Virus record (IMG/VR): IMGVR_UViG_3300042549_007806
Length of the DNA stretch: 64,000 nucleotides
Direction: 5' to 3' (one strand)
Origin: an uncultured virus (IMG/VR IMGVR_UViG_3300042549_007806)
Lineage: Duplodnaviria > Heunggongvirae > Uroviricota > Caudoviricetes
Shown here piece after piece: positions 10,077-21,148 of this stretch. The notes beneath the pieces were generated by a model. The model was not told the origin of the DNA and searched no databases. It saw nothing but the letters and a program-made list of their open reading frames with translations. Every line of letters begins with the position of its first letter. Position 1 is the stretch's first letter. Both the position numbers and the translations under genes were made by a program.

Positions 10077-11285
10077 ATGAGTAAAATTAAGGTATTGGTA
10101 TTACCATCAGATAAGACAGGTGTTGGTAAATTTAGAAGTGTGGATCCACATGTATGTCTACAAAATAATCATTCAGATGAATTTCATGTTGATATTGATT
10201 ACGAACCTAAAGTAAATGATCTAAATTATTGGAAACAATACGATATAGTTCATTTTCATAGAACAATAGGTCACGACTATGATAATTCTGTGAACCTCAT
10301 ACAAAAGTTAAATTTATTGGGTATTGTTACTATTGCCGATATTGACGATTATTGGTTACCAACAAAAGAACATCCAGTTCACCAATTAGTTATCGAAAAT
10401 AAGTTGCACCAAAAAATTATGAACAACTTAAAAGTTGCTCAACATGTGACAACAACAACTTCTGTTTTTGCCGCAGAAATTAGCAAGTTAAATAAAAATG
10501 TTTATGTGCTACCTAACGCAATTAACCCAAAAGAACCACAATTCCAACACGAAACAAAACCTTGTGACAAACTTAGATTTGGTTGGTTAGGTGGGTCATC
10601 TCACTTACACGATTTGAAATTACTTGACGGAACTATTAGTAAACTAAAACCTCAACAAGATAAATTTGAAATGTATCTTTGTGGGTTTGATATCAGAGGG
10701 ACAGTTACAGAAATTAACCAACAAACTAAAGAACAAAAACAAAGACCTATTAGACCTGAAGAAACTGTTTGGGCTCGGTACGAAGAAATTTTTACAAACA
10801 ACTATCAGTTTGTTGACCCTACCCACAAAGACTTCCTAATGAAATTTGAAGATAAACCATATGATGAAGAATCTTTTTATCATAGAGTATGGACTAAACC
10901 TGTCACTAGTTATGCTTCTAATTACAGATTATTCGATGTATCGTTAGCACCAATTAAAAATCACATTTTTAACAGAGTTAAATCACAATTAAAGGTAATT
11001 GAGGCGGGTTTTTACAAAAAGGCAATTATCGCATCTAACATTGGTCCTTATAGTATTGATTTAAAACATGCATTGAAGAATGGTGAATTTACAGATGGTA
11101 ATGCGTTATTGGTTGATGAAGTTAGAAATCATAGTGATTGGCAAAAATATATGAAGAAACTAATAGATAACCCTAATTGGGCTTATGATTTAGGTCAAAA
11201 ATTATATGAGACCGTAAAGGACACATACGATCTTAATAAAGTGACAAGAGACAGAGCTGAACTATATAAAACACTTGTAAAATGA
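10077..11285 (+). CDS. GT-B (GT4-like) glycosyltransferase
   Basis: DIDDYW, LPNAI, FGWLGGSSH, KSQLKVIEAG...IIASNIGPY; ATG at 10077 preferred. Confidence 0.8.
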   Translation: MSKIKVLVLPSDKTGVGKFRSVDPHVCLQNNHSDEFHVDIDYEPKVNDLNYWKQYDIVHFHRTIGHDYDNSVNLIQKLNLLGIVTIADIDDYWLPTKEHPVHQLVIENKLHQKIMNNLKVAQHVTTTTSVFAAEISKLNKNVYVLPNAINPKEPQFQHETKPCDKLRFGWLGGSSHLHDLKLLDGTISKLKPQQDKFEMYLCGFDIRGTVTEINQQTKEQKQRPIRPEETVWARYEEIFTNNYQFVDPTHKDFLMKFEDKPYDEESFYHRVWTKPVTSYASNYRLFDVSLAPIKNHIFNRVKSQLKVIEAGFYKKAIIASNIGPYSIDLKHALKNGEFTDGNALLVDEVRNHSDWQKYMKKLIDNPNWAYDLGQKLYETVKDTYDLNKVTRDRAELYKTLVK

Positions 11286-12007
11286 TAAATGTACCTTTAA
11301 CCAAAATTTTATTTTTAGATATTGAAACTGTTGGTGGTTGCCCTGATTACCAATCATGTATAAAAACCAATCCTACTGTCGCACATCAGTTTGACAAATA
11401 CTTTGATTGGTTTTTAAAAAGATTTCCCGAAGACAAAGAATTCGGAGAGGGTAGGACCACAGAGGAACACATGGATATAGTATTTAAAAAACGAGCGGCT
11501 CTTGTTCCTGAGTTCGCAAAAATAGTTTGTGTTTCTATGGCATTTGTTTTAGACAATGGTGAAGTAAAAAAACAAACTTTTTCAGGTGATGATGAACAGA
11601 AACTTTTATCTGAGGTTAGAAACTTGTTAAATAGAACCCACAAATTAGATTTCTATCTTTGTGGTCATAACCTAAAGAACTTTGATATCCCAATGTTGGC
11701 AAAAAGAATGATCATAAATGGTTTGGAGCCATCTAAAATTCTTCCTTCATACGACACTAAACCGTGGGAAGTCAAAGCAATTGATACTAAAGAAGTATGG
11801 CAATATGGTGCTTACACAGCAATTGGATCACTAGATTTAATGTGCGCGTGTTTAGATATCCCAACACCTAAAGATGGACCTGTGAATGGTGGGATGGTTC
11901 ACGAGGCATATTGGAGCAATAACATGTTAAATGAAATATCAGAATATTGTGAAAAGGATGTTGATGTTTTAATTGAAGCAATAATGAAATTAAAATCTTT
12001 AAAATAA
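11282..12007 (+). CDS. PolB-type stand-alone 3'-5' exonuclease
   Basis: LFLDIETV, GHNLKNFDIP, YCEKDV DEDD motifs. Confidence 0.85.
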   Translation: MINVPLTKILFLDIETVGGCPDYQSCIKTNPTVAHQFDKYFDWFLKRFPEDKEFGEGRTTEEHMDIVFKKRAALVPEFAKIVCVSMAFVLDNGEVKKQTFSGDDEQKLLSEVRNLLNRTHKLDFYLCGHNLKNFDIPMLAKRMIINGLEPSKILPSYDTKPWEVKAIDTKEVWQYGAYTAIGSLDLMCACLDIPTPKDGPVNGGMVHEAYWSNNMLNEISEYCEKDVDVLIEAIMKLKSLK

Positions 12008-12008
12008 A

Positions 12009-12611
12009 ATGTTTGATAATATTAAAAATTTAAGAGAGAGTGTTAAGATAATGAAAGAGTTGCAAGGAAAATTCAATGGAATTGATATGAGCAGCCCTGA
12101 ACAAATGTTATCATCAATGGGTGTTAGTGAAGACGATTTAAATTCGTATTTTGAAGATTCCTTAACAAAAAAAGTTAATTTAAAATATACTAACAGTACC
12201 GACAACAAAGATCCTGAATATGCTTATGAATCTGATTCGGGATTTGATTTAAGAGCTTCTCAAGAAATTGAGATACAACCATTAGGTAGAAATCTAATAC
12301 CGACGGGAATAAGATTTGACATCCCTGATGGTTACGAAATACAAGTAAGGTCTAAAAGTGGTTTAGCCCTTAATCAAGGATTAATGGTTTTAAACTCACC
12401 AGGAACTGTAGACAGTGGTTACCAAGGAGAAGTTAAGGTTATTATTTTTAACACAACAAACGAAGTGGTAAAAATAGAAAAAGGTCAAAAAGTCGCACAA
12501 GCAGTTTTCTGTCCGGTAGTAAATGGTAAGTGGGTTAATTTAACGAAAATTTCTGAGATTGGAAAAAAAGACAGAAATGATAATGGGTTTGGGTCAACAG
12601 GTTTAAAATGA
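12009..12611 (+). CDS. dut: Trimeric dUTPase with N-terminal extension
   Basis: SGFDL, RSKSGLA, GTVDSGYQGEV, AQAV, GFGSTG. Confidence 0.93.
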   Translation: MFDNIKNLRESVKIMKELQGKFNGIDMSSPEQMLSSMGVSEDDLNSYFEDSLTKKVNLKYTNSTDNKDPEYAYESDSGFDLRASQEIEIQPLGRNLIPTGIRFDIPDGYEIQVRSKSGLALNQGLMVLNSPGTVDSGYQGEVKVIIFNTTNEVVKIEKGQKVAQAVFCPVVNGKWVNLTKISEIGKKDRNDNGFGSTGLK

Positions 12612-13699
12612 TTACTATAGGATTTTCAACGAGAAAGATTAATGATGGTTTTATTGAACTATTAAAAAAATCATGTGGAGTACCAAATCCGCAGATTATA
12701 CCAATTGAAAATGAAGGTAAGTATTCACTACCTGAAGCATATAATATGATATTGGAACAATCGACAAATGATATCGTCGTATTGTGTCATGATGACATTT
12801 ATTTTGATAGTAAAAATTGGGGTACAAAAATTATTAAACATTTTAAAAGAAATACTGACTATGGTATTTTAGGTCTTGCCGGGTCAACTCAACTACCCTC
12901 ATCTGCTAAATGGTGGGAAGACTTTTCTAAAATGAAAGGTATTGTTAATCACGAACACGGAGGAAAAAAATGGGAGTCAAAATACTCAGAGAGTTTAGGG
13001 AATCAAATTGAAAATGTGGTTTTGGTGGACGGACTTTTAATCGCATTAAATAAAAAAAATATCAAAGAAAAATTTAACGAGAACATAAAAGGGTTTCACT
13101 TTTATGATGTTGATTTTTCATTTAGAAATTTCATTAGAGGTGTTAAAATTGGAGTTATGTATGATGTAAGAGTAACTCACAAATCAATCGGAGCAACAAA
13201 TGACCAATGGGAACAAAACAGAATTATTTTTGCAGAAAATAATAAAGAAAATCTTCCGTTGAAAGTTAAAATGGATTTAGATAAAAATTCAAGGTTAAAG
13301 GTTCTAATTTATACTAAAAACTATGAGTCGTCAAAACCCCTACTTGATATTTTAAACCAAACAAAATATAATGTTAGTTTCTGTGGTATCTTGGACCAAA
13401 AAACAATTAATCATTTCAAAGGGAAATCAATTAATTTATACCCAATAACCGAACCAAATGGTTTTAAAATCGGTGACGGTAAATGGGGGTCAAACACACC
13501 TAATGGTTTTGTTCTTGCTGAACCTAATAAGTTATATAAAATAAAAGAAATATACTATGACATTATACATGTTTTTGACGATGTGTCTAAAAAAGAAGCC
13601 ACTAACTTGTACCCGTTATGTAATGTTATGTACAGAGAGTCAAAATTTGAAAATGTTGGAGATTTAATAAATTGTTACAATAAAATAATAAATGGTTAA
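12608..13699 (+). CDS. GT-A (GT2-like) glycosyltransferase with extra C-terminal region
   Basis: YNMILE, LCHDDI, GFHFYDVDFS. Confidence 0.75.
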   Translation: MITIGFSTRKINDGFIELLKKSCGVPNPQIIPIENEGKYSLPEAYNMILEQSTNDIVVLCHDDIYFDSKNWGTKIIKHFKRNTDYGILGLAGSTQLPSSAKWWEDFSKMKGIVNHEHGGKKWESKYSESLGNQIENVVLVDGLLIALNKKNIKEKFNENIKGFHFYDVDFSFRNFIRGVKIGVMYDVRVTHKSIGATNDQWEQNRIIFAENNKENLPLKVKMDLDKNSRLKVLIYTKNYESSKPLLDILNQTKYNVSFCGILDQKTINHFKGKSINLYPITEPNGFKIGDGKWGSNTPNGFVLAEPNKLYKIKEIYYDIIHVFDDVSKKEATNLYPLCNVMYRESKFENVGDLINCYNKIING

Positions 13700-14483
13700 A
13701 ATAATTTCAGGATGGAGTGACCGAGGTGGATCAACTTTCGCATTTATCAACTTAACTAATAAACTTAATGAAAGCGGTATAGATACAACCTTTTATGGTC
13801 CACACCCTTGGCATTTAGATAAATGCAAATCAGGACTTTTAGATGAAAAATTTAGATTATACGAAAATGATATTGTAATAACTCATTTTTTAAATTTAGG
13901 TGATAGACCAAATGTAAAAAAGATTATTTTATCATGTCACGAAAAAAATTTATTTGAGGTTGGTAAAATTAAAAAGTATTGGGATACGGTTGTATTTGTA
14001 AATAATAAACAGAGAGAATATCATAATCAGTACAATGGTCCTTTTGAAATAATACCAAACATAAAAGAAGTTTTGGAAAAAAAAGAAAAGGATGAATCTG
14101 TAAAAAATGTTGCGGGTATTGTGGGATCTATAGATGAGAACAAACAAACCCATGTCTCAATCGAGAGAGCAATTGAAGATGGTATGGAGAAAATATATTT
14201 GTTTGGAAATATTAGTGACCAAAATTATTATGAAAAAAAAGTAAAACCTCTTATCGATAATGATAAGGTTGTTGAATATGGTTTTGTTTCGGATAAACAA
14301 AAAATTTACGACATGATCAATTATGCTTACCTTTCTTCAAAAAGTGAAGTTGCATCACTTGTTAAAGATGAATGCGAATCCACTGGAACAATTTTTAAAG
14401 GAAACTTCGCAACAAACAACGATTCAGAGTCAATTACTAATTCTGAAATCATAGAAAAATGGATAAAATTATTAATGAACTAA
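13692..14483 (+). CDS. GT-B-like glycosyltransferase
   Basis: N-terminal GG motif, VGSIDENK, YGFV, SKSE; cluster context. Confidence 0.6.
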   Translation: MVKIISGWSDRGGSTFAFINLTNKLNESGIDTTFYGPHPWHLDKCKSGLLDEKFRLYENDIVITHFLNLGDRPNVKKIILSCHEKNLFEVGKIKKYWDTVVFVNNKQREYHNQYNGPFEIIPNIKEVLEKKEKDESVKNVAGIVGSIDENKQTHVSIERAIEDGMEKIYLFGNISDQNYYEKKVKPLIDNDKVVEYGFVSDKQKIYDMINYAYLSSKSEVASLVKDECESTGTIFKGNFATNNDSESITNSEIIEKWIKLLMN

Positions 14484-14487
14484 ACTT

Positions 14488-15201
14488 ATGGTAATTGTAA
14501 CTACTTTATTTAATGCTGAAAATTATATTGAAAGGTGTATTGGTTCGATTATGGGTCAAACACATACAGATTTTAAATGTTATATAACAGATGACATCTC
14601 TACAGACAACAGTGTCTCTAAAGTTGAAAACATGATTAAAGGTGACGATAGATTCCTTTTAATTAAAAATGAAAAAAAGATGTATCAGCCAGGAAACTAC
14701 GACCAAGTAATTAGAAACAACCCAAACATTCAAGACAACGAAATAATTGTAGAAGTAGACGGAGATGATTGGTTACCTGATTCAAAAGCCTTGGAAAGAA
14801 TATATAATGTTTACTCAAACCCAAATGTGTGGATAGCTAATGGAAGTTTTAAATACTCTACAGGTCAACCCGGTTTTTCTTCAAAACAAACAAATTTTGA
14901 TAATCTTAGGAATGTAAGATTTACTGCATCTCATATCAGAACTTGGAGAGCTTTCCTATGGAGAAAAATTGATCAATCTGATCTGAAAGATGAGAATGGT
15001 GAATTTTGGAAAGTTACAGGTGATTTATCTTTTATGTACCCGATGCTTGAAATGTCCGGAGAAAATAGATATAGATTCATGACTGATGTAAATTATGTAT
15101 ATAACGAACAAAATCCCATAAATGATCATAAAGTCGATCTTAAGTTGGTAAACGAAATTGCCGATAAAATTAGAAATATGAAACCATATAAATTGTTATG
15201 A
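14488..15201 (+). CDS. GT2 glycosyltransferase
   Basis: FNAENYIERCI, DDISTDNS, VDGDDWL. Confidence 0.88.
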   Translation: MVIVTTLFNAENYIERCIGSIMGQTHTDFKCYITDDISTDNSVSKVENMIKGDDRFLLIKNEKKMYQPGNYDQVIRNNPNIQDNEIIVEVDGDDWLPDSKALERIYNVYSNPNVWIANGSFKYSTGQPGFSSKQTNFDNLRNVRFTASHIRTWRAFLWRKIDQSDLKDENGEFWKVTGDLSFMYPMLEMSGENRYRFMTDVNYVYNEQNPINDHKVDLKLVNEIADKIRNMKPYKLL

Positions 15202-15893
15202 GTCCTTTATTTTCAATTTGTATACCCACATGGGAGCAAAATGGTTTTGGGGGGGTTTATTTGTCTAAATTGCTCGACACAATTAAAACTCAAACACTCC
15301 AAGACTTTGAAGTTGTGATTTCGGACCACAGTACAACTAACCTAATACAGGATGTGGTTAAAAAGTACTCTTCTGATATTAATATAGTTTATGTCACTAA
15401 CCAAGAAAAAATTGGTAATAGCCCATACAACACCAACAACTCAATCAAACATTCAAAAGGGAAAATTATTAAGGTGATGTTCCAAGACGATTTTTTATTT
15501 AACAATAAATCATTAGAAATGATCTCTTCTAAATTCGAAGATAATGTAATGTGGGTTGTCAATGGGTGTAATCACACAGATTCTAATAACAGTAAGTATT
15601 GGAATTACATGGTCCCAAGTTGGAATGACTCAATATATAGAGGGATAAACACAATAAGTTCCCCGTCCGTTTTGTCTTTTAGAAAAGATTCTAACATTCT
15701 TTTTGATGATAATCTAGTGATGCTCATGGATTGTGAGATTTATTATAATTTTTACACTAAATACGGATTACCCGCAATAATACCCGAAACTCTTATTACG
15801 AATAGATTACATGAAAATCAAATTAGTTCCAACTATAGGTTAGACATTAATGATGAGATAAACTATGTCATAAAAAAATATAATATCATATAA
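15198..15893 (+). CDS. GT2 glycosyltransferase
   Basis: FSICIPT, ISDHS, FQDDF. Confidence 0.85.
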   Translation: MSPLFSICIPTWEQNGFGGVYLSKLLDTIKTQTLQDFEVVISDHSTTNLIQDVVKKYSSDINIVYVTNQEKIGNSPYNTNNSIKHSKGKIIKVMFQDDFLFNNKSLEMISSKFEDNVMWVVNGCNHTDSNNSKYWNYMVPSWNDSIYRGINTISSPSVLSFRKDSNILFDDNLVMLMDCEIYYNFYTKYGLPAIIPETLITNRLHENQISSNYRLDINDEINYVIKKYNII

Positions 15894-16675
15894 TGAATAT
15901 TATTAGTACAAATTTAATGGGGGGATTAGGTAACTGTCTATTTCAAATCGCAGCGGCATATGCAACATCTTTAAGGGATTCTAAAAAGTTTATCTGTCCA
16001 AAAGTTGTATCTCACGGATCACATAAACCAATAAACAATTATTTTAATAATATTTTTAGCAGAATAGAATTTGGGTCAATACCCTCAGATATTCAGTTAT
16101 ACCATGAACCCCGTTTTCATTATAATGAAATACCTAATGCACATAACAACATCATGTTATACGGATATTTCCAATCTGAAAAATATTTTAATGTTTATAG
16201 GAATGAGATTTTAAATTTGTTCTCAGCTACCAATGAAATTGAAAATAAGTTAACTACAAAATATTTCCACTTACTCCAAAAAAAAACTTGCTCAATTCAC
16301 ATAAGGAGGGGGGATTATGTGAGGTTGAGCGATTCCCACACGGTACAACCAATTGACTATTATGAAAAAGCAACTAATATTATTGGTGAGGGTTGTGAGT
16401 ATTTGATATTTTCAGATGATATAGAATGGTGTAAAGAAAATTTTAGTTTCCTTAAAAATACCCATTTCATAGAAGGGGACACTGATTTTGAAAATCTATA
16501 TTTAATGTCAATGTGTTATCATAACATAATTGCAAATTCAACATTCAGTTGGTGGGGAGCGTGGTTAAATAAAAATGAAGATAAAAAAGTTATATGTCCA
16601 TCCGATTGGTTTGGACCAATAAATAAACATTTACAAACCAAGGACATTTATCCCACAAAATGGATTGTAATATAA
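15893..16675 (+). CDS. GT11 alpha-1,2-fucosyl/colitosyltransferase
   Basis: GGLGNCLFQ, GYFQSEKYF, HIRRGDY, FSDD, NSTFSWWGAWL. Confidence 0.9.
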   Translation: MNIISTNLMGGLGNCLFQIAAAYATSLRDSKKFICPKVVSHGSHKPINNYFNNIFSRIEFGSIPSDIQLYHEPRFHYNEIPNAHNNIMLYGYFQSEKYFNVYRNEILNLFSATNEIENKLTTKYFHLLQKKTCSIHIRRGDYVRLSDSHTVQPIDYYEKATNIIGEGCEYLIFSDDIEWCKENFSFLKNTHFIEGDTDFENLYLMSMCYHNIIANSTFSWWGAWLNKNEDKKVICPSDWFGPINKHLQTKDIYPTKWIVI

Positions 16676-16687
16676 AAATTTTTTAAA

Positions 16688-17587
16688 ATGAAAGTATGTG
16701 TAGTAGGTGGTGCAGGATTTATTGGTCACCATATCGTAAAAAAGTTTTTAAGTTTAGGTCATCAAGTATTGGTAATTGATGACTTGAGCACGGGTAAATT
16801 AGAAAATATCCCAAATAACTGTGAATTTATAAAATCCGATGTTTCAGAAATTGATATGGAAACTTTAGTCAATTATTTGGAAGGTGTTGATTTGGTGTAC
16901 CACACTGCAGCCAAAGCAAGGGTACAACCTTCGATTGTAGACCCAATTTCTTTTAATAGGGCGAATGTAGATTCAACATTGAGAATTTTAGTTGCGTCAC
17001 ATAGGTCAAAAGTAAAACGAGTTATTTATTCAGCATCAAGTAGTGTCTATGGTGATACTAACATATTCCCAACACCTGAAACTGCAAACCCCAACCCAAT
17101 GAGTCCTTATGGATTACAAAAATTTATTGGAGAGCAATACTGTAAACTTTTTTCCGAAGTCTACAATTTAGATACGGTATCTCTTAGATATTTCAATGTT
17201 TATGGTGAAGGTATGTTAGATGAAGGGGCTTATTGTACTGTGATTGGTATCTTTGCTAATCAATATAAACAATCTAAACATTTAACAATAACCAACGATG
17301 GTGAGCAAAAAAGAGACTTTACATATGTTGGGGATGTTGTCGAAGCAAATTATTTAGCCGGAGTATATGAAGAATCTTTCAACGGTGATGTATTTAATGT
17401 CGGTAACGGTGACAATTATAGTATTAACGAAATTGCAGATTTATTTGAATCAGAAAAAGTTTACAATGAACAAAGGTTAGAACCTTATATCACTTTGGCA
17501 GACAACAGTAAAATTAAAAACAAGTTGGGGTGGATTCCTAAAGGTAATGTAATATCTTGGGTGAAAAAATATAAAAAAACTTTATGA
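16688..17587 (+). CDS. NDP-sugar epimerase/dehydratase (extended SDR)
   Basis: GGAGFIG, SSSVYG, YGLQK, RYFNVYG, RDFTYV. Confidence 0.9.
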   Translation: MKVCVVGGAGFIGHHIVKKFLSLGHQVLVIDDLSTGKLENIPNNCEFIKSDVSEIDMETLVNYLEGVDLVYHTAAKARVQPSIVDPISFNRANVDSTLRILVASHRSKVKRVIYSASSSVYGDTNIFPTPETANPNPMSPYGLQKFIGEQYCKLFSEVYNLDTVSLRYFNVYGEGMLDEGAYCTVIGIFANQYKQSKHLTITNDGEQKRDFTYVGDVVEANYLAGVYEESFNGDVFNVGNGDNYSINEIADLFESEKVYNEQRLEPYITLADNSKIKNKLGWIPKGNVISWVKKYKKTL

Positions 17588-18255
17588 AAATAGCAGTTAT
17601 AACATCACATATAGGATTACCTAACCCATTGAGGGATCCTGAAATCGAGTTTGATGGGGTTGATTATTTTGCATTTGTTGACAGGCAACACGACTGCAAG
17701 ATATGGAAACAAATTCCTCACATTGATTTTTCTTTAGATGAAGAATATAAGTCGAGGAGAAATGCTAAAATATATAAGGTACTGCCTAATCTTTTTTTTC
17801 CTAACTATGATTATTGGTTTTGGATGGATACCACTCACGACCTTATCATGGATCCCTCTGAAGTTATAAAAAATTACATGGGAGATTCAGAAATAGGTCT
17901 TTGGGTCCACACATCTAGAAATTGTGCTTATCAAGAAGGAGAAGAAATAAAAAGACTTAAATATGATCATATTAATTTAGTCGACAATCAACTAAATTAC
18001 TATAGATCTCAAGGGTTCCCCGAAAATTACGGATTGTTTGAATTACCTGTAAGTATTAGAAAAAATACTCATAATGTACAAAAATTAAATTTGAGATGGT
18101 GGGATCAAATTTCTAGATATTCATCAAGAGATCAGATAAGTATGCCATTTGTTATTTGGAAAACAGGTGTTGACATTAAAATTTTACCGGGGTTTTCTAA
18201 TGGTGGGTTAGGAAAAAATCCGATAATGCCTCAAGTAAGAATCAAAGGTCAATAA
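17584..18255 (+). CDS. DUF616/TOD1-like glycosyltransferase-fold protein
   Basis: KIYKVLP, WMD, HTSRNCAYQE, RDQISMPFV. Confidence 0.65.
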   Translation: MKIAVITSHIGLPNPLRDPEIEFDGVDYFAFVDRQHDCKIWKQIPHIDFSLDEEYKSRRNAKIYKVLPNLFFPNYDYWFWMDTTHDLIMDPSEVIKNYMGDSEIGLWVHTSRNCAYQEGEEIKRLKYDHINLVDNQLNYYRSQGFPENYGLFELPVSIRKNTHNVQKLNLRWWDQISRYSSRDQISMPFVIWKTGVDIKILPGFSNGGLGKNPIMPQVRIKGQ

Positions 18256-18257
18256 AT

Positions 18258-19583
18258 ATGTGTAGTTTTATTTTCACAAACAAAGAAATCTCAGATGTAG
18301 ATTATGTTAATTTCTTTAATAAGTTTAGAGGTCCTGACAATACAAATGTTTTTGTTAAAAACGGATATTCATTTCTACACAACTTATTGAGTATAACCGG
18401 AGAATTTAAAACACAGCCATTTGTACAAGACAACATAATTTGTCTTTATAATGGTGAAATATATAACTATAAAGAATTTGGTGATTACAATTCAGATGGG
18501 GAATGTCTAATACCTCTATACATTAAAGACGGATACAACTTCATAAAAAAACTAGATGGAGAATTTGCTATAACTTTAGTAGATTTCAATAAAAACATAG
18601 TAATAATATCAACAGATACATTTAAAACTAAACCAATTTTTTATTCTTTAACTGACGGTATCGCAACATCATCATATAGTGACCCTTTAAAAAAATTAGG
18701 ATACACAAACATCTTAAAGATGGATCCAAACACAACTTTGATTGTCGACCTAAAAACAAGGACTCCATTGGAAAAAAGATTAGTTCATAATTTTGATGTG
18801 TCGAACCAAAACAAAGATACTTTTGAGGATTGGGTTAGTGCGTTTGAGAAATCAATTAAAAAAAGAACTAACGGAATTAGAGAAAAAATATTTATAGGTC
18901 TTAGTGGTGGTTATGATAGTGGGGCTATTTGTTGTGAATTACTAAACCAAAATGTAAAATTCAAATCATATACCGTAATCGGCACAGAAAACTCAAATAT
19001 TCTTAATCAGAGATTTTCATTACTAAATAATAATGAGCAACAATCTCTAACTAAAAACACTGATGAGATCAATGTTGCATACAATTATATAAAAAATAAT
19101 ACAGAAACATTTAAATTTGTTACCTATTCAAACTCAAGTGATTACAACGAATATTGGTTATCTTTAATTGATGATAATGGTGCAAAACATTTATCACATG
19201 TTTGTAGTAACGCAATTAAAGATGGAAAAAAAATTCTATTGTCTGGACAAGGTGCTGATGAAATTTTTTCAGATTATGGTTTTGGTGGTATTAAGAAATA
19301 TAACCACAGTAATTTTGGTGGACTTTTTCCTGAAGATTTAAAAAGCGTTTTTCCTTGGCCAAGTTTTTTTAATAGTTCGATGGAATCTTATTTGGCGAAA
19401 GAAGAGTATGTTGCTGGTTCATATGGAATTGAATCAAGGTACCCCTTTTTAGACTTAGAGGTTGTGCAAGAATTTCTTTGGTTGAAACCTGAATTAAAGA
19501 ATTCACATTATAAGTCAGTTCTTTATTATTATTTAAAAAAATATAACTTTCCATTTACGGAAAATGAAAAAATAGGATTCTAA
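18258..19583 (+). CDS. Asparagine synthetase-like glutamine amidotransferase
   Basis: N-terminal Cys (MCS), RGPD, NGEIYN, LSGGYDS, SGQGADEIF, RYPFLD. Confidence 0.85.
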   Translation: MCSFIFTNKEISDVDYVNFFNKFRGPDNTNVFVKNGYSFLHNLLSITGEFKTQPFVQDNIICLYNGEIYNYKEFGDYNSDGECLIPLYIKDGYNFIKKLDGEFAITLVDFNKNIVIISTDTFKTKPIFYSLTDGIATSSYSDPLKKLGYTNILKMDPNTTLIVDLKTRTPLEKRLVHNFDVSNQNKDTFEDWVSAFEKSIKKRTNGIREKIFIGLSGGYDSGAICCELLNQNVKFKSYTVIGTENSNILNQRFSLLNNNEQQSLTKNTDEINVAYNYIKNNTETFKFVTYSNSSDYNEYWLSLIDDNGAKHLSHVCSNAIKDGKKILLSGQGADEIFSDYGFGGIKKYNHSNFGGLFPEDLKSVFPWPSFFNSSMESYLAKEEYVAGSYGIESRYPFLDLEVVQEFLWLKPELKNSHYKSVLYYYLKKYNFPFTENEKIGF

Positions 19584-20227
19584 TGAAAATTAAAACTGTC
19601 GATATTTGCATTACAACCTACAATAGAAATGATAGGTTAATAGAGACCTTAGATATATTATCCAAACAAACCAACACGGATTTTAATCTAATAGTTAACG
19701 ATGACGGAAATAAAACAATTATAAACCCCAACGACCATCCGATCATTACAAAATATATTTGGAACAAAGATGATGGGTACCATAGAGTCGCCAGATTCAA
19801 TGAATCGGTTTCTTTATGTGTTTCTCCGTTCATAATTTTATTAGACGACGATTGTATTCCTGTGGATAGTAATTTTGTACAATCTCATGTTGATGTATTG
19901 AATACATCTGATGTTTGTAAGGGAAAAATTAGATTTCCAAATGGTGATTTAGCATCCGGATGGTTTAGTACCGCAAATTTAGGTATTAGAAAAAAGGTTA
20001 TTGACGAAATCGGTCTCTTTGATAATAATTTTGATGGTCACTATGGTCATGAAGATCAGGATTTAGGTAATAGACTCAATAAGGAGAACTATGTATCTTT
20101 TGATGGGTCAAATGGTACTATGGTTAATCATGGTACTGAGATGTACGCCAATGGGGATAGATCAGACAGTATTGTGGGACATAACACAAGATATTTTATA
20201 TCAAAATGGGGGTACGACCCTAGATAG
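19583..20227 (+). CDS. GT2 glycosyltransferase
   Basis: ITTYNR, NDDG, LDDDC, YGHEDQDLG. Confidence 0.85.
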   Translation: MKIKTVDICITTYNRNDRLIETLDILSKQTNTDFNLIVNDDGNKTIINPNDHPIITKYIWNKDDGYHRVARFNESVSLCVSPFIILLDDDCIPVDSNFVQSHVDVLNTSDVCKGKIRFPNGDLASGWFSTANLGIRKKVIDEIGLFDNNFDGHYGHEDQDLGNRLNKENYVSFDGSNGTMVNHGTEMYANGDRSDSIVGHNTRYFISKWGYDPR

Positions 20228-20236
20228 TTTTTTATA

Positions 20237-21067
20237 ATGAGTAATCTGATATTTTATTGTTCGGGAGGTTTGGGTAATAGGTTAAGCCCGTTTTTAAACA
20301 TAAAAAACATTTTTGATTATAATATTAAGTTGGTTTGGCCAAAAACCATGAGATTAATGTGTGATTTTCAAGATATTTTTGAAAATAAAAATATCGGGTC
20401 ACTTAGTTTTACCGAATTAGATAATTTAGTTGATGTTGAAAATTTTCATGGTAGTGAGGGTGGATTAATTGCGTCAGAATATGAATTCAAAATTAACTCC
20501 ATAGACTCTCTTTTGAATATGAGTAAAAGAAGTTTTCCTAAACCCGTACATTTATTTAATATTAATAATCTCAGTCACCAAAACACTATTGTTTTTTTTA
20601 ACGATCTTATTGGTCATGTCGATAAAGAAACCGTCAAAGAAAATTTTTTTAAGTTAAAACCTAAAAAAGAAATAATTGATAAAATAAATGATTTACAAAG
20701 TTATTTAGAAATAAATAAAGACACAGTAGGAATCCACGCAAGAGGTACAGATTTCATAAATGAAAAACTTGAATCGTACTTTCCTATAATAGATGAAGAA
20801 CTAAGAAATGGTAATAATATATTTTTTTGTTCCGACGACCCCGATTGGGAAAAAAATATAATTGTAAAATACCCAATGATCAAAGTGAGACCCCAAAAAA
20901 ATAATGTTTACAAATCTGATATTAATTCAAACTATTCTTGTAATGTTGTAACACCTTTAGACGCTACTATTGACGCATACATAGATATGGTATTACTGTC
21001 AAAAAGTAACTTTAAACATTTCAACCCTAAAAGTTCGTTCGCAAGGTTAGTAAACATAATTCAATAA
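20237..21067 (+). CDS. Fucosyltransferase-superfamily (NodZ/GT11-like) glycosyltransferase
   Basis: GGLGNRL, GIHARGTD, FCSDD, SSF. Confidence 0.65.
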   Translation: MSNLIFYCSGGLGNRLSPFLNIKNIFDYNIKLVWPKTMRLMCDFQDIFENKNIGSLSFTELDNLVDVENFHGSEGGLIASEYEFKINSIDSLLNMSKRSFPKPVHLFNINNLSHQNTIVFFNDLIGHVDKETVKENFFKLKPKKEIIDKINDLQSYLEINKDTVGIHARGTDFINEKLESYFPIIDEELRNGNNIFFCSDDPDWEKNIIVKYPMIKVRPQKNNVYKSDINSNYSCNVVTPLDATIDAYIDMVLLSKSNFKHFNPKSSFARLVNIIQ

Positions 21068-21148
21068 CTCTAAGTCAAATAGATAATACTTGTGTTTATT
21101 TTATGGGGTTTATATGTTATTTTGAAATAAAAAAATATACAGTAAAAT